64,000 bases of DNA from Ascidiella aspersa (taxonomy: Eukaryota), in the NCBI GenBank assembly GCA_963924565.1, contig OZ004610.1, positions 27,900,001 to 27,964,000 on the forward strand, given 5' to 3'. The notes beneath the pieces are model-generated. The model was given only the letters and a program-made list of their open reading frames with translations. It made no database searches and had not been told where the DNA came from. A program made the translations under genes and the position numbers. Positions 59,290 through 64,000 of this stretch are shown one piece after another. Positions within the stretch are counted from its first letter, which is position 1; the number at the start of each line of letters is the position of its first letter.

Positions 59290-62200
59290 ATATAACTAGT
59301 GCTTGACGTCAAGTGACGAAGAATCTGTAGTTATAAAGGGGTTTCCCCACTGAGTGCAGTGATAGCATGATCGCGAGTCTTTTGCTTCAAGGAGCTTCAC
59401 AGAGAGCACAGACCGATAGGACAGGTCAGTTAAAACAAGTGTTTGGTGCTAATTACAAGCAATTCGAAATTGGAACACACAAGCAATTTAAATTAACTTG
59501 TGATGGTCAAATCGATGAATGACTGTAGTTGAGTGTCTCACTTTACTATATGTGTGTATATCACCTGTTTGTTTACTAATTTAGTTTAAAATTACTATCA
59601 AATGCATTTTTATTTAGTGCAGGAAATATTTAGCAAACTGTTTATATAGGAAACTGTAATACAATCTGTAAATTTTGATTAAACTTTATTCTATCACATT
59701 GACTTTAAGCAATGCATCCCAGCCTTAAGTAGCGTAACGTAAACACTTGTTGTAAAATGTTGGTGACCCTTGCTTTAGAAGAATTTGCCAAACTTATAAG
59801 ATGTGCCAATGGGACCATATTAATGAGACTGTCACTTTTGGCTGCAGAAGATTAACGGCCGCTATATCAAGTAAGTGTGGTCATCAGTTTCTGTAAGTTT
59901 GGACTGAGAAAAATGAAAATACTAACAAGCGAGCGTTGGTAAAAAAGTTGCTTTTTACTGCTAAATTCGGAAAGGGTTTCAAAGTTTGCTCCTAATCCCA
60001 ATTTAATAGTGTAATAGTTGTTTTGAACGTAATATGTTCGTTATTTATTTGAAATATTAAAACAGTTCAATGTCAGTGCCAAGCGTTTTGCGTTCGGCTT
60101 TGCTAACCCCGCAACTTTTACCAGCATGCATTTTTACGTTTCCGCTCCATTTGCTTGAGATTTTGGTAAACAATCGATTTATCACTTAGCAGTATTTTTT
60201 AATAAATTCTTATTATTGAGGAAAAGTTTGATTTTATTAAAAAAACATCACTCTTGTTGTGCTGATTGCTTGATTTTTTTCATCCAAGTTTTATAACCAA
60301 AGTGTATAAGTTACTTTTATATACTTAGGTTCTCGCAATTGTTTCAGGTTTACGTTGGAATACTGGTAACAAAAATGTACTTTAGGAGTTTTGCCTCTTC
60401 AATAGGCTGAATCAGTCAGATTTAAAGCCTAACAATTCAAGATTGTGAGTTTTCTGAATACGACTTTTCCGTTTTTACATCGGCGAAAATAAAACCCATC
60501 GCAATACTACTGAAATCTGCAGATGCCACCGTTCTACTGCCCTACAGCGCCAAAGAAATTACTCTTCAAAGTACTTTTGTGGACTGTGCTGTTTTTGTTT
60601 TTGGAGACAGGTCTTCTGTTGTCTTTCAGGATTAGACTTTTTCTACAGCTGCTATATGCTGTAATATTATTTTCCAGTAAATATCAAAGAGGGTATCGCG
60701 CTTTTCCAAAAGTTGTACTACTGCTAAGCTTATACGGCCCTGATTTGAATTTTTATGTAAGTCTCACTTACCGAATATTAAGAAAAATGTTTATTTCAGG
60801 CAAATCGCTTATAACAGTTTTACGCTTTTATACACAATATTTTGTAATAAATCGACCAATTAAACTTCTAGGATTGAAAAGCAACATTGTGCATGAGTGT
60901 GTGGGATAGAATATACAAATCATTAACACTTGCGCAATAAAGCATATAATGATGACGTCATTCGGGTGACGTATTTGATCGATTTTCGTGAAACCTTGCA
61001 GCCGCTTGTCGTCAGTGTGCAATAGTTCCAATCCACAAGGATAACAAAACGTTTTTTTTCTTCTCGAATTAAACTAAAGCGCCTAAATCGCGTACCGTAT
61101 GTTTTTGAATTTTTTTTCGTTTATATAAATATATATATATAAGTTCCCCATTGTGAACTTGGCGCGTTTTGGCGTTTATTGTTATATTTTTGTTTCTGTT
61201 TGTTATACCCTTGTTCGTGTTTTATTGTATTGTTATCATTGTATTGTATTGTATTTAGTTATCATTGTAATTATTGTATTGTATGGCAAAGGTGCCATTC
61301 ACAAATTGTGCCCCTTCTGTCGCTTGTTTTGCACCGTTGCCCTTTTGTTTTTTGCTGTTTGTTTGTACCTCTTTTTGTTTTGTTTTTCCACAAAGATTGT
61401 TCACTGTTACAGCAGCCACTAATGTGGCCAAAATTATGTTGTTTCATTGTATTTAATTGTTTTTTAATGATTTAATTTGCCGTACCTGTACATGTATTCT
61501 GATTATATTGCGGTCAGGGAGCGGCTGACTTTGATGACCTAACGGTCTTTCGCTGCTCCCTGGGAATCTACTTCCCTAACAATAAACATATCTATTTATG
61601 TTATATTATAAAAACACACTTCCTCGCTTTTTTGTTTGATAATTTGCAAATCGGTTTGAATCCAATTGACTCCCATCGCTTCCAAGTGTATTTAATGACA
61701 AGATGTTTTTTTGCTTGTCTTAATGCCATTTTTGAAGGGTTCGAATTATACAAAAAAACACTGAGCTTAAGCCAGACACTGATACGTTTGCTGTGGTTTT
61801 GACATTTTAAAATTTATGCTTTGTATACGACCCAAAGATATCCTTTCGAATTTGCTCGCTAACTGTATCCACAAGTGATCTTGAGTGTTATAAATGTAAC
61901 GTTTAAAACTGCTGTAAACTTCAAAATAAGTTTTTTGTCAGACCAGTCAAGTAACCTCCCAGCTGGTATAGCGATTTGCTAACCGGTACGAATTTCGTTC
62001 GTCCCTTCGTTTTGTTCTTTTTCGACTTTTCTTTATAGAATAGTTCTCCCCTCTTTTTTACGCTGCACATTTAATTTGCTGCTCGCTGTTAGTTACTCGA
62101 AAACAGGTGTACCGCCATATTTTGTTTAGATATTTTTGGTGTGCCGCAAGCTATATGTTTGGAAACCAAGCTTCGTGTGTTCAATTTGATAATTATTCTA

Positions 62201-64000
62201 GTTGACCAATTTTTAGATATATAGCGATTGGCTGCTGATTCTAATTTAACTTGTGAAATTCTTGTGTGTTCTGATTTTAGTTATTATCTCATTACCGATT
62301 TTATCAAAGTGCCTTTATTTTTTTTAGCTTTTTTAAAGGAAACAAGTTTTTAGCAATGCAGATCAATCATTCAGCCTGAAAAGTGCCAATATAGGCGTAG
62401 CAATATTTGTCATTCGTATTCTTAGAAAACAATTTGATTTCAATTAATTACGAATTATTGAAAACAAGCCTAATTCTAGCTAAGATTTTAGTTTTTTTGC
62501 ATTTTTTTCAGAAATCGTCAACTTTGATCTACTTTGGAAAATATAAAAACAATCTACAGTAATTCAATGTGATAGTTTGGCGATTGAATAGTATTATTAT
62601 TGTCAAATTTTGCAAACTGTTGATCAGCTACAGAGATATGTCGATTTAGACCTAGCTCCCTATGTCTTTCAATGGACAAGGGGACTTAAAATTCCTCGGA
62701 AATCTCGCCGACCCGCTATTCCTTGCAAAGCTTCAATTTATAAATTAACTTATTAACTTTACCAAGCCCAGTATAGAGCGAAGACAGGTCTTGTTCGGCG
62801 AACATGTTCAGGAAATATCAATCCCAACAGAGTCGCCCGATTTTACCGACCTTAATTCGTAAGCGTTGTTTTTTGGTTGTCTCACATCACATAATGTTTA
62901 GGTAGGCCATTCTTACTTTGCATTTGGCCGCGATCATCGACAGATGCATCTCGTTAGCATTAAGTGGTGTTTTCCCCCTGACGTGTTAAAATGATTGGGA
63001 AAAGGGGCGCTTCCGGCTGAAATACATTGTCATTTATATGAAAGCCCATCAGAAACAGTTAGAGGGTAACTCTTTTTAGAGCGCCGAAATGCCATTAGAG
63101 AGCTTTTGGGGATAATAGAAAAATTAATTATTTATGATATTGTATAATATTTGACTTCCAAGTCGCACAAGAGTTCACATTTACTTTATATATCATCACT
63201 TTATTTTGTCATATAGAGATGAATTCATAAATTTTTTATGGAAAATAAAAAAACACTTTCTAGTAAAAATGCGTAGTGAAGCTAATTGTTTACTTTTATC
63301 TAAAATTAAACATTATGCACAAAGAACGTAGACTTCTGTCAGACTACAGCTATAAGACCTATATAAGAACATCAACGTTGAAATAAAAAACAGTTTGGAA
63401 AAAGACCGAAGTCAGACTTCTAGTCATAATACCGTCTAAATCAAATTAAGTTCGAAATCCGTCGGAATTAGGCGTAAATGGTCAGAATCAGGTCTATGCA
63501 GTATTTTACCTAATCCTAAACCCACCCCTAAGCACATTTTTAACTACCCTAATAGTTTTAACCCTAACCCAATTTCTAATCCTCAAAATTACCCCCAAAT
63601 AACCCCAAACTGGGGAAAATCCGGACACAAAAGTGCGGCGCCCTGACGGAGCTGGTCAAACTAGGGCATCCAAACGTTGACACCAAAAAGACTGATGCCA
63701 GACCGATGGCCCCGATTTGGCCATAATTTCAAACTACGCAGTATCAGGTGTCATTTCAGCCACATAGGCCATATTCCGATGAATTTAGGACGTATTCCGA
63801 CAGGTTTAGGTCTTACTAAGACGATTTAGATCTTATTCTGACGTGGACATTACTGATGTGTATTCGGCTTTAATAAGTCCTTGGTCTTAGTACTATGGTA
63901 TTATAGATTTTTAGTCTGCTATAGATATTTGTTGTCATGTAGGTCTTATTGTGTGTTCCCCAATTGTGTCCTATTTTACAAAAAAGAATGCTCTACCCTT

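Larger units (their letters stand above)
53760..64000 (+). repeat. Segmental tandem duplicate of ~43290-50724 (divergent 7TM gene-pair unit)
   Basis: Colinear matches such as 45040/55545, 46652/59296, 47825/60522, 48830/62100 and 50715/63991. Confidence 0.92.

Noticed and set aside
58968-59312. 114-aa ORF with FLWFPMVSYG repeats
   Set aside because: Artefact of translating the decamer minisatellite.
60523-60909. 128-aa hydrophobic ORF as a small membrane protein
   Set aside because: The paralogous segment at 47826-48134 is frameshifted relative to it; AT-rich non-coding DNA readily gives such ORFs.

Overview
AT-rich, intron-containing invertebrate genomic DNA. It is probably a tunicate (ascidian), inferred from gene content and not proven. 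There are three zones. (1) 1-14.5 kb is a transposon nest: a Ty3/Gypsy gag-pol with an open -1 frameshift junction and a tRNA-Trp PBS remnant, a THAP-domain relic, a 3.9-kb foldback-type TIR element with 189-bp tandem repeats, and a 6.7-kb Merlin-like element whose long 382-bp-unit inverted arms carry CTCF-like palindromes and enclose two LTR-less Gypsy remnants. (2) 15-39 kb is a run of + strand genes: three GNAT acyltransferases (one ending in peroxisomal -SKL, one 4-exon NAT8/camello-like, one AANAT-like), three CRAL-TRIO lipid-carrier genes, an orphan duplicate of cathepsin C exon 1 and a full 8-exon cathepsin C. (3) 42-64 kb is an alternating-orientation array of intronless orphan 7TM genes (three complete, a fourth predicted just past the window end), built by inverted then tandem duplication and showing mosaic sequence. 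Many hAT-type MITEs with 8-bp TSDs are scattered throughout. No rRNA, tRNA gene or CRISPR array was found.
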